From NCBI GenBank assembly GCA_001655205.1, contig LPNZ01010610.1, forward strand, positions 1 through 64,000: DNA of 64,000 bases, in the 5' to 3' direction. Below, one piece after another: positions 1 through 11,732 of this stretch (the stretch's first letter is position 1; each line of letters opens with the position of its first letter). The position numbers and the translations under genes were made by a program. Source of the DNA: Lenisia limosa (taxonomy: Eukaryota; Protista; Breviatea). Under the pieces are notes generated by a model. It worked only from the letters and a program-made list of their open reading frames with translations, was not told the DNA's origin and ran no database searches.

Positions 1-3000
1 GTTGCTCGGATAGCTGACGCTCTCACTTGTGACATGGTCGGAGAAGGCCCTCAGCTCACGTCCCGAAGCTGCTGAAGTGAACGTGGACGCTTTGGGGTCC
101 TTGAACGGCGGAGGACCTGGTTGAGCCTCCACCCTATCCTGCGGTATCTGGGCAGAGTCCGGGTCAGGCCGGGCGGCCGGGCTGGGTGACGGGGAGAAGG
201 GGTGTGGGGACGGCAGGGAGAGTTCTAAGAGGGAGGGTGAAGCTTATGATATCATAAGTATGAATAGTCAGACGAGAGCGACGATCTTTAGAACAGTGGA
301 CGTAATTAGTGTGGATTGTGTTGAGAAAAGACATACCACTTGCTTCTGAGGTTGCACGTGTGGGGAGAGCAGCAGGAGAACCAAAAACAAAGGGTGACAA
401 GTCGGCCGGGTTTGTCTGGCAATGTAAAACTAACCAAAATACTGAAATGACATGGATTATCTTGTCTGTCAGCGCTTACCGGGAAAACGATAACATTGGA
501 CGAGTTTGATGATGAGTCAGAAGGAACGTCTTCGTCTGGGCGGTCAATGGCCAGAAAACAATAACAAAGATAAAGGCAAACAATAGCCACTTTTTTTGGG
601 GGAGATCTGCCAAAGGTGTAGCATCCATACGAATAAAAGCAAGGCATTTATCAGCAATACCACTAACCCGGATTGGGCATGGAGGATTTCTTTTCGTTGA
701 GGGGGAACATCATTGAGACGCCAAGACGCGAGCGCCGTCGTGTGCTTGTTTGACTGGGTGTTACAGTGCTTTCAATTTCAGGTCTAGAGTTACTCTTGAA
801 AATAGCATTTATGCATGCTAATGTTCAGAAACCGCAAGTGGCACAAGGCCGCAATACAATACACAATTAAGCCCGCCATACTTGGTTGGGGGGTACTCTT
901 CACTTGACGATGAATCCCCAAGGGCCTTCATTTGTGAAAAGAAACCATATGAAAGCACCAAAGGGCAACCCGTAAACGATGATATATCCAAAACTCTGTT
1001 TAAGAGGAACATAAATTAAGACCAGGATTGGAGAATAATAAGACCTCATCCCTCCAACCTCCCTCTGTCTTGGAATCGAATCGGCGCTATGAGACCTCAA
1101 GAAGGTGTCAGAATCAATCTCAAGATGCTTGCTACAGGGTCAGCATTGAGAATGGTAGTCACTATACCTGAGTTGAATCAGGTATATGAGTTGAATCACA
1201 GCACATTTAACCAAGGATTACCGGACCAAAGTACCTTTTTTTTCTGAGGACCCCACAAATCACAGTTTTTATTCAAAACTAAGTACTCCCTTTTTTTAGA
1301 TTTTAGTGATAAAAAGTGATATTTTTTCGATTTTTTTTTGCTGATCANNNNNNNNNNTAGCTCAAGTCTTCAGCTTCATTACCAAGTATTTTTCAGGTTG
1401 TTAACAAGCCCCAATGGTGCTCTTTGATCAGCTTCCGTCATGGGCTTATAAACAAAAAAGACATTTGGTTGAGAGTGATTTTCTGAAGTTAGAGATCACT
1501 GAACAGGTTCATGTACTCTTGTCTATGAAAGGTCCGCTTGGTGAGGCTTTAGGTCAAAGGGAGGTGGCTGCTGTTTTGGAAGTATCTCAAGCTACTGTTT
1601 GCCGAACATTTAAACTCAATGGTTCTGACGAAGTGAAGCCATCTGGTGGGCAATGTGCCTTAACTGATAATGAGGAAAGGCTACTTGTTCAAAAAATTGT
1701 GATAAAATTTTCATTGGTGATCCTCCTACAATTCATGACATATTTGAAATGGTGAGTGGACCTTTGCTTTGCACTATTGTTTGTTCAAATAACACATTTA
1801 TTACTTTAATAGCTTCTCTTGATATATTGCTCAATATTTTATTACTTTAGTTCCATGAGATGATAATTGTTCTATTTTGATGACACAAACTGATTAATTA
1901 GGCACGTAAGCAACATGCAGAGTTGTACCCGCAAGATAGTCCGATATCACTCACCCGTGGTTGGTTTCGTGGCTTTTTAAAAAGGCACAAAGATGCTGAT
2001 ATTAACATGACAGTATTATTCCTTATTTTAACAATGACCCCTCGTATTGTTGACAAGCAAAACCACAACATTGACCTTGCTGCAAAAGTTCAACAGTACT
2101 TTGGCGTGTTATTTCAAGTATTTGGCACATATGATGTGGACCCATATTTGGTTGCTAATGCTGATGAAACGTTTACTCAAGTTGAAAATAAAAAATCATG
2201 TAAAGTAATGTCATATGCCGAATTCAAAGCAACCAAAGCGGCAGAAGGCAAGCTTGAACATATCACGTTGATGGGAGGAATCATGTGAGGAGTTATAATT
2301 TTTAATGAAATCCTTTAGATCTGATGGTTCACGCTTTCCACCTTTCGTTGTTGTCAACAATAAAACTGCAACCCAAGAAAAAGAAATCATGGATGGATTT
2401 GATGGCCATGTTGTTCATGATTCAAGTGGATGGATAGTAAGCTTTTACATATTCAATTACTGTTTAGAACGGTCCTGCTTTGATGGAATGGGGTGATATT
2501 GCTATTAAGACATTTGATAAAATACGAGAAAAGAGAGGTCTTCCTAAGGATGCACAAGCTGCATTGCTTCTAGATGGACATCCCTGGCTTTTGGAAAAGA
2601 TGCGACACCATGTCGCTGTCATTCTTGGTGCAAGTCATACGTCCCATATTGCTCAAGTCATGGATATTGGTCCCTATGGTCCATTGAAGGCGAAAGCTCC
2701 ACTTTACATGCTGGAGAAGAAGAGAAAGGAAGCTGCCCGTGAAGAAAAGGACTGTCAGTCTATGGAGGAAACATTGCTCTAAAAACTCGTTGCCTTGCTA
2801 TTAAAGCAGCAGTCAGGGCTTACATGGACACAACGTATTATGATTCTAACATCTCTGCCTTCCAAAACACTGGTATTCATGTGATTAAAACCTCAACTGG
2901 AGCTGAATTGAAGTTGGACCCTAATGTTGTTCTTCTGAAGACAGGACCTCCTGAAAAAGTTTTAACCGCGCTTACACCTCCTCGTAGAAAGGCTCATCAA

Positions 3001-6000
3001 AGTGCAGTAATCAATTCCCCGAGGACAATTAGCATTATTGCTGATTGCAAATTTAATGAAAACTCAAAGGGTGTTGCTAATGGCTTAACAACATCCCTGA
3101 GGAGCATTGGTGACATCCAAACTGCCAAGGAACTCAAAGCATATAAATTGAACAANNNNNNNNNNTGTAGCCCACTTCTGATGCCAAAACTATTTCTGTT
3201 CAACTTCCACCACGTGTTGATATAACTCCTATTTCTGAGCAGAAACAGCTTTATTTAGATCTTGTCAATCGTGCTAGGGATGATGCAAAGGAAGAACAGA
3301 TGATCAAGAGAGCCGAGAAAAGAAAGAAGGAATTGAACGACATTGAAGATGGCGCTTAAGAAGGTGTAGAGTTGTTGAAAAATGCTAGTAAAAAGAAGCC
3401 TGTTAAGACTAAGGTCAAGCCTGTGTTAAAAAGGGAAAAGTTTGTCCTAAGGCAACCCCTAAAAGGAGAGGGAAACAGTAATTTTGTAGATAAATGTTCT
3501 TTTTGATTATTTGGCTTAACATTTGTTTTATCGCTGTGTAACATGAGAAAATATACAACAAATTTGTGAAAAAAAAATACAAGAAAATGAAGTTTTGATT
3601 CAACTCAGGTACCTGATTCAACTCATATACCTGATTCAACTCAGGTACAGTGACTATCAATAATTATGACACCCACCTTCTATAGGTTTCTTCAAGCTCA
3701 GAAACCCCGCTTGTTCCTGAAGTATAAGAACACAAAAGTTCAATAGAAACATAGTTTGTGAGAGGAAGACCCATCGGACCGGTATCAATGGATATTGCAC
3801 GAGGGCGCTGTGTCAGGATTGGGATATCCACTGACACTGCCGACGCTTTTGGTTGGTCCGCCACCAGGACTTCCCGCCATTTCGATTCGCGCTCAATCTC
3901 CCAAAGTTCACGCATGAGCTGTGCGCGTGTCCGCGAACGTGAGCTTCTGAAATTGTCAAATATGAGGTAAGAGGTGAAAATTCGGTTTCCAATCACCTGA
4001 ATACACCTCCCACTCAAGACCTAATAGACCTCCCACTCAAGACCTAATACACCTCCCACTCAAGACCACTCTGGTGTTCTTCCGCTCGAGCACTCAACGA
4101 ACGAAGCCGATTTATCTAAAGCGATTATAACGTACGTTGAATTTTTTTTAGAAAAGTGAGTCAACACTGAGTTTCAACACTAAATTTCAACAATAAGTTT
4201 CAACACTGGGTTTGTTATCTGAGCAGCTCATCAGGACCTGGTCATTGAGGGCCCTACCTCATCGGAGTTCCGTCGCACGTTCTCCTCAGAATATCTGCGG
4301 ACTTTCTCTGCCGATTGACGTTTCTCCAAATCTTCAGCTTGGCGAATCTACGGAAATAAAGCAAGAATAAACCGATCCCTAAAATACCTCAGTTCAACAT
4401 GAAACCAAGTAGCCATTTGATACTGTGATAATAGTACGCACCATAATAGCCATTTGATACTATGTATGTGGTAATAAAATCAAATNNNNNNNNNNATAAT
4501 AGTACGCACCATAATAGCCATTTGATACTATGTATGTGGTAATAAAATCAAATAGCCACTTGATACTATGTATGTGGTAATCGAACCCACCATATTATTT
4601 GTCAAAAGCATTTGATATGATGATATATCCAAATATCGGACCTTGCCCACAGATCGTGGTACTAAGTTATATTGAATTTGAAGCTGATAGAGAAAAAATA
4701 CTGCAAATTCCATTTCCACCTTTTCTTCTGAGTTTCTTCTTATCTTCTCCACTGATTTCCTTCTGTCGGAGGGTTGCAATAAATAATCGTCATAAGAGTT
4801 TCGCCTGGCCTCAACCTACAATATTAGGGGTTTGAAGTCGCTTTTAGATAGGTTAACCTTTTTCAAAAACAAAAAAAAAACGATAATTTGCATTCATTAA
4901 GAATTTCAAAGAGAGAATTTGATACAACAGGTTGCTTACCCTTCTCAAACTTTGGGCACTATTGGCTTTACTGCGAGATAGCATGTTGCTCTTGTGATTG
5001 GGAGGGGCTGGAGTATCAGCACATAGTAAACCATGATATCTGTTTGAACCGTTATGACAACAACACCCCCTATCCTCAACATACATCGGTCAAGGTGCAT
5101 ACTGGCCACTTTCTGGTAACAATTAGAACGTAATCAACCAAAAGAGGTTATTTTATCAAATGTTGGATTTCAGCAAAATTAAAAAATAGATTTAACTCAT
5201 TCAAGGCTAATTTCCCTATCACACATCATTTTACCAACAAAAGGAATGATTGTAAAGTTTCTCCCCATTTTCTAAAGTTTTACAGTATACAATCAAGAAA
5301 AGCACATTTCCATGGGACCAACGTACCAAAGGAACAGCACCACCAGAGCGTAAGCTGTTTTGGGCTATAAATGTTATAATGAATCTTCAAATAAACCACA
5401 ATTTCTGTACTGGAAGCCTACAAATGTGTTTGCAGAACTCATCGATACGACTAAGGGACTTCCCTTCCAGCTAAGAAGTCAAAGAGGAAACTATGCAAAA
5501 AAACAATGGCAAAATAACTGTAAAAAGGGCTTACAAGGTCACGAACGCTGGTTTCAGATGCAATGGAATCACTAAAGGGGAATAAATCAAGACATTTTGA
5601 GTAACATTCAATGGTATTTGTATCCATTCAGGTAACTAATAGCTCTGAAGTAAATAGAGAAATAACACTAAAAATTCGGAATTCCAGCCTACTCGAAGCT
5701 ATTTTGGGTCATATCTCCTGCCAGTTTCATGAGTAGAGCTCTTGGATTGGCCCCCCTGTGCTAAGTAAGACGGAACGATCATGCTGCTGACAAAAAAAAC
5801 TTACTTCATACCCAATATCAACGTGACTAAACCAAAGCAAGATAGATCAGGATAGAAAATGTAGAGTTGAGCTAATTCAAAAGTCACATAAGCTGACCTT
5901 GGGGTGATAAGAACACTGTCACTGTTCGTCCGTGGTCTTGTTTGTTTGATGGAACTGGAACAAATGAATTTATATAGCATAACGGATATTAAAGCGAGAT

Positions 6001-9000
6001 GTGCATCGAAATTTTGAGGTTCGAGCTTTGCACAAGCTGCTAATTTTTTTCCAAAAAAAAAAGCGATCTCTCATTTTCTTTTTTGGGTGTTCTCAAACAA
6101 TTTCCTGAGATATATCCTTTGCTCTCTGAATTGATTGTTATTGAAAGATACAATCATTTGAAAAGAGGAAAGAGAAAGAAGATGCATTGAACATCGAGAA
6201 ATTAGGATTTTGCACTATCAAAGGAAGAAAATACTCAAATCCGTCCAATCCTGGTTTTCTCTGAAAAAACGGAGGGTCTTCATGTTCTCTCAAGCCTTCC
6301 TTCCCGGAATGCAAGTTTTATTCAATTGAACAGTTTTTACGGGGGGGTAGAGCGGTTAGTAGCATTATCACCAAACGGTGCACATCTCCTTTAAACGTCT
6401 CAATATGAATAAAAGTAAAATATCATATCGTATTTTATCGCAAGGACATCATTTGACCCACGTGACTGCTGGGTGCTGTTGGGCTCCCCTAAATAATCAA
6501 AACAAACCAACAACTACAACAAAAAAATAAGAGATCTATTGATCAAAAGTATTGTACCATGTGCTCACCTCTCCATGATGCTTATGGGAGATGGTACGCT
6601 CGGAGGGGTTGAAGGCTGCATCAGTGGTTCCCTATGTTGTTATTACTTTCTAAACCAAGCGTTGGTCATATTTGTGAGTGAGTATTGTTCCATCCCTTTG
6701 TCAAATAAATATAATATACCATACTGTGGAGGAGTTGGTGACGGAACTCTGTCAGTGCTGGAGGGGTGAAAAGGAGACATGTAAAAACTAATTTACAATA
6801 CTGAAAATGAAAACTTTCAGTCAACAGCCACTCAGACCACATACCTTTGAGAATGGATTTTGATACTTGGCAGAGTCTGTGAACGGCTTCGCGGTTCATC
6901 TTGCGAAATAGCAATCTCCTAACGGTTGTCAAATACAGTGGTGTATCTTCCACTAACATGCTAACAAAAACTACCTCTTTTCTAAAAAAAAATACTGGAG
7001 AATGTATTACTGCCAACCCTCCCGCTCACATCCATTGCACTTTGCAGGGACATTTTAGCGTGGACGCGCGCTTGCGCCCTCAGAATGGCTGCTTTCTGGT
7101 CTGGCTTGGCTATGGACCTGGCGCATAAGACAAATCAACCACGCTCCAACTAGTATCATATGGCATGTCTTAAGAGGATATGCAATGAACACTGGGTGTT
7201 TGTATTATACCCCTTGTTACCTCCGTGCAACTGGCCGCTCCTGTGCCGTCTCAGCAATCGGCGGTGATGGTGAGGATGTCGATGTCGACCCCTCCATAAC
7301 CACTCCTCCCGACGACGCTGCAATTGTCAATCGCTATTGCGTCTCATCAAATAGTGTAATTTACAAGAATGCCCAAACTCAAACGTGCATTCTCCACACC
7401 TTTTGACACAGGCTCCTGGTAAGGGTTTTCCTCCCAAGACTGGACCAGCGGAGACATGGGAGACGACTGACGGAACAGGTCCGACCCGACACTCGGTACT
7501 GTCGACAGGCAAGTCTCCCATCCATGGTCCACAGTGCCGTTGGTCTGCTGCGTTACATGTTGACGAGCTTTCAAGAAATTAGCCTTATACCTTCACAGAG
7601 ACCGGAATATAATGGGGACCAAAATGTGATAAACCGAAAACAGTACCCCGAGATAAGAGACCCGGCAAACCTTGTGAGGGCGTTGATGGGCACTGGAGTC
7701 GGTCGTAGGGTTCACATCGGAGTTTGGTGAACATGGCACGGTTGGTGCAAGTTCGTTTGCTGAGCTGACAGAGGGCAGTGTTTTGAAGCCCTCGGAGCTC
7801 GACGCTGGCTGAGGCCTCGCGGGGAGGGCCAGAACAGGCACCTTGTTGGCCCTCTTGGCTGGCTTCGGTAAAGGCATGAGCAGCATGCCGGACAGGTCAC
7901 TGTCACTCAAGTCCGTCGACGCAAGGTTCTGCGCATCATTTGAAGGCTCCACTTGCGAACTCGGTGTCAGCAGTTTCCTGTCGGTCGAAACGGGGTGATT
8001 GGTCTTCTTGGCAAGCAGCCTGTCGATAGCATGGCGATTTCTGCGTTTGATCGGGCGCTGCTCAGCCTCCTCAGATTCTGACTTTGGCAAGTTCCTGACT
8101 TTTGTGACAACATCTTCCAGAGCTGGGGAGGGTGGTGTGAAGTTTGTTGATATGATATACTATATACTGCCTTGTGTGTGTCAAAACAATTGACACAAAA
8201 ACATTCAAAGAATGGATTTCAATGAGAAAAAAAAAACACCTCTCAGAGAAATCACAATAGTCCAAGCCCTTAGTGAACCCCCACCATGTTTGTCAAGGGG
8301 GTTGAAAGGCGGGTCAGGGGGTACTGGAGAACCTTCACTTGACGAGGTTGTCGAGAACGCGTCACCATCCTAAACATTTATCATCACACTTGGGTAACTG
8401 TTAAATGACATTCTCCCCTCTCTAGCTGTATATTATTGGGATAATGTACCAACCTCCCCTCTCTAGCTGTATATTATCGGGATAATGTATCAACCTCCCC
8501 TCTCTAGCTGTATATTATCGGGATAATATATCAACATTCTCAACCAATGCACAAACTTTGCCAGGGCCTAATCCTACCTGGTCGTTGTTCTGCTCAACTT
8601 GGCCGAGTGCTGGTTCGGATTGACTATGGATAATCTCCGAGTGGTGGAATGTGTTTGTAGCCTGAAGTATAAAGTCGAACTTTAGTACAATATTCAATAC
8701 CTTTCTTATATTTGTTTATATTGTAAATGTACCCAGAATTCTCAACAACGATAAAGCAAGAAATCGCTTACATTGTTGGACTCGCGTGTTGCTGTAGGCT
8801 TGTTTCTGAAAAGATGACAAATACAAACTTAAATGTAACATCATAGTTTGTTCAGTGACCCGCCCTCACTGCTGCCTCCTTTGCGGGGACCTTCGGCCAA
8901 AGTTGTGTTCATGCGCATCGCCCTGCTGGTAGTCGAAGTGATGGTCATGCAGGCGACCTTCAAAGTGGTGCTCCTTGATTGAGCCCATTGTCGGGTCAGG

Positions 9001-11478
9001 CGACCGTCTTGGCTCACTGCGACAATAAACGAAAACTCGTAAGGTTCTATCCAAACGCTCTCTTTGGTTTGATAACATTCCTTCACACCAATGAAAAATC
9101 CACTGGTACGAAATTCCAGCAATTCATTTCGACAACCCCCCCCCCCCACATTCTTGTGATATGGCGTTCGCAGTCTGACGAGGACGTAGACGGTGACCGA
9201 TCCGGGCTGAACACTTTGAAGTTGCAGTCGTCAAGTGTGACCGGCGCCTATTAAGTAAATGAGTGAAATGATGCTATGAGGCAAGAGGTACCACCAGGGG
9301 CGTACTGGGCGTGATTTGTCCGTTTTCGGGGTCTTTTTGGTTGACTTCCTCGCTTTAGAGGACTCGGCCTTGCCTTTTCGGTCCACCTTATTGAACTTCT
9401 CATCAAGCCGCTTGGCAAGCTTGGCAGCATCAAGCTTCTTGGATGCCCTCTTCTTACGCGGGATTTCTGGCGTGGATTCCATTGATGTTGCATCGTTGCA
9501 AGGAGATATCGGAACTTTGTCGGCACACGCTTTTGTCAGGGCTAGCTGCTTGATGGACAAAATAGAGGGAATCTTGTCGGTGCGGTCCTACCCTCGTTAT
9601 ATGTAACAATGTCATCTTTTGACTAAGTCCAGAATATCGATATCAGAAGAACGGTCACATTGAAGTGTATATATGACAGACCTGTGGTATGCGAGGGCTT
9701 GCCATGAAGTGCTGTGGAACCGATGTTGGTTTATCGTTGACCTCATCATCCGTGGTAGATGGGCTGTCACCCTCTTCTGTAAGAGTCAAAAAAGAGTTGA
9801 AGATGAAAAACACTAGTTATGTTAAAGAACACCCCTTATTCACCCTTATGCCATAGTAGCACCCTTATGCCAGGGATTCACTTTGGTTCGAAAAAACCCG
9901 GGAAAAAATCGATAGTTTTCGAGGATTTATCGAGAAATTCAGTCTTTTTTTGAACCGAAGTGAAGCCCCACTTTCGCCATAATATCACCCCTTACGTCGT
10001 GGGCTGTTGAGACCGTTCTCGGAATCGTTTGAGAGAGAGGCATGATCAGAATTACCTGAGTGTGTCACTATTACGGGTCGAATATGGGAAACGGAACTGT
10101 TAACAATGCCTCCCGCTGATAGGAGCATGAGAAACAAAACTAGCCCCATACCTGAAGACTGCCTTTGGATGTCTGGGTGGTCACTGAATGTAATAAGCAA
10201 AGCAATTGATTGGTGATACAATAATGTCTCGACAAAGTAAAAACCCAAATTTATCATGTAGCTATGTAGTCGCTAGAGTTCCATATGCAGTTGACTGCCC
10301 CCCCCCCCTTTACTGAAGAAAGCTCCAGTCTCCTTTAATATCTGACGAGCTTGAATGAAGAGGGAGATCCCCCATGCTACTGTCTGCATTGGGTAAGAGT
10401 ATATCTGTTGATGAAAATCCAAAAAAAGATAATCATCATATAATACATATATCTTTGATATCTTTTATAATTCCGAAGCAAACCTGAGTGTTTTGGTTGA
10501 GGCTTGAGAAGGTTATCCTAAACAGTTACTATTTGAACTAGTGAAGTCAAAAAAAGTTTGGAATATGCAGCAATGTCCCCACTGCCTACATTCGGCAGGC
10601 TGGAATTCTGATGTACAATGGGAGCAAAAGCGTGCTCTAGCCCGGCGGACAGCGAAGCTACGAGTGTAAGCCTATCGATTCACTTTGGTCCTAAAAGTCC
10701 AGTGCAATCTTAAGCTAAATTTATCGAGTAATTTAGTCATTTCCAACCAAAAGTGACACACAGATATACCATAGTATTAGCAGTCAGAGACCCACCTAAC
10801 AACACCTCAGTCAGAGACCCACGTTTCTTCGGCGGACTTGGTGCCATTAGTGACGTGAACAGCGAAAGGTCCTGGGCAATGCCGTTGGTGCTGGTGAGGT
10901 AGGTGTTGAGATTCGGTGACGTGACTGTCGCTACCGGCACCTGCTGATATGAGCGTTCATGTCGGACAATATCGCAACTGTTGCATAAAACTTTCAAGAG
11001 ACAAGAAATATGCAAGAAATCGATTATTTCCCACAGAATAGTCAGTAGACCCGGCAAGGAGGTCAGTGGGAGGTAGTGGGGGCGGGGGCGGGATTTCGGG
11101 CGTGTATGTCCACTGAAGAAGTTAATTCCGTTGGGGACTGAAGAGGGAGAAGACTGAATTCAACAATGGACCCGTAACAAAATTAATTCATTGCATACTG
11201 CCTTTAATTTAAATAAAGCAAACCTGATTGTCATTAATGGTCATATCAAGATCCATCAAGGGCTGCGGATGACTGAAGGAATCATTGAGTTCGAGCTCAA
11301 GCTCAAGATCAAGACAAGGCGTGTTGATGGCATTTCCTGAAGGTGGCAGAGTGGATGTTCCTGTCAATAGTTCATCGAAGTCAAACAGCTCTTGTTCCGG
11401 CTGTAGGGTGACAGGGAGCTGTGCGGGAGGAGGCTCGTTGGGCCATTGTGAGTCAAGGTAAAGGGGCGATGGGTTCAT
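1..11478 (-). CDS. Large multi-exon Ser/Pro-rich protein of unknown function (3' end outside window; could be two genes)
   Basis: Chain of GT-AG-bounded minus-strand exons with low-complexity translations: MNPSPLYLDSQWPNEPPP (11478), EIPPPPPLPP (~11090), SHIRPVIVTHSG (~10080), KKRASKKLDAAKLAKR (~9440), LPKSESEEAEQRPIKRR (~8090), SIAKPDQKAAILRAQARVH (~7100), ETYRS|KHLEIDSD (3677|1131). No recognisable domain. Confidence 0.55.
1158..3654 (+). mobile_element. Tc1/mariner-superfamily DNA transposon, pogo/Fot1-like (DDE_1), apparently decayed
   Basis: TIRs GTCACT(A/G)TACCTGAGTTGAATCAGGTATATGAGTTGAATCA starting at 1158 and ending at 3654 (inverted), with TA target duplication at 1156-57 and 3655-56; internal transposase. 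Confidence 0.92.
1414..3500 (+). pseudogene. Intron-containing DDE_1 (CENP-B/pogo/Fot1-type) transposase with frameshifts
   Basis: Motifs GWFRGFLKRH (CENP-B-type HTH), NADETF, LLLDGH, HTSHIAQVMDIGPYGPLK, NISAFQNTGI. Frame-restoring GT-AG introns at 1752-1901, 2285-2318 and 2437-2467. Apparent frameshifts near 1695 and 2780 and an in-frame TAA near 3358. The 3' end is approximate. Confidence 0.85.
4003..4067. repeat. 23-bp x3 tandem repeat spanning a splice donor
   Basis: acctcccactcaagacctaat units at 4005, 4028 and 4051. Confidence 0.9.
5993..6390. mobile_element. Non-autonomous TTAA-flanked DNA transposon (Kolobok-like MITE), intronic
   Basis: TTAA at 5989-92 and 6391-94; ends AG(C)GAGATGTGCA(T/C)CG are inverted copies; no ORF. 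Confidence 0.7.
8413..8535. repeat. 41-bp x3 intronic tandem repeat
   Basis: ctcccctctctagctgtatattat(t/c)gggataat(g/a)ta(c/t)caac at 8413, 8454 and 8495. Confidence 0.95.
9873..9968. mobile_element. ~95-bp hairpin/MITE family, copy 1
   Basis: Inverted ends GGG(A/C)TTCACTT(T/C)GGTTC(G/A)AAAAAA; core GAGGATTTATCGAGAAATTCAGTC shared with the copy at 41247. Confidence 0.8.
10677..10757. mobile_element. ~95-bp hairpin/MITE family, degenerate copy 2
   Basis: gattcactttggtcctaaaa...atttatcgagtaatttagtc...aagtgac is colinear with copy 1. Confidence 0.55.
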
Positions 11479-11732
11479 CCCGGTCGCCTTCTGGCCCTGC
11501 GTATACTAATGATGTTTCCACCAACAATATGAGATCTGGTAGAAGAGGAGAAGGCTTGGTTTTCAAAACAATAAAGGCTCATCCTGTGGTATACAATATA
11601 CCATACCTTTTGTTTCCCCTAGTAAATGCAGCTGAAATGTAGCGAGCCTTTTAGTTGCCTAGAGTTCTACACAAGAGCAAAGTATAACAAATCAGGCGAC
11701 GGAAGAGACAAACTCACGTTTGTTTCTCCAAC

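Noticed and set aside
4426-4553. Identical ~58-bp sequence on both sides of a 10-N gap
   Set aside because: Most likely an unmerged contig overlap in a tandem-repeat region, not a reliable biological duplication.
6539-9800. Convergent ORFs next to the TTAA element, considered as a Kolobok/KDZ transposase plus accessory gene
   Set aside because: Plus-strand frames are interrupted and lack a DDE motif; the segments resolve into canonical minus-strand exons of the host gene.
9885-9892. GGTTCGAA resembling a tRNA T-loop (also GGTTCGAG near 6018)
   Set aside because: No cloverleaf or A box; both lie within MITE sequences.
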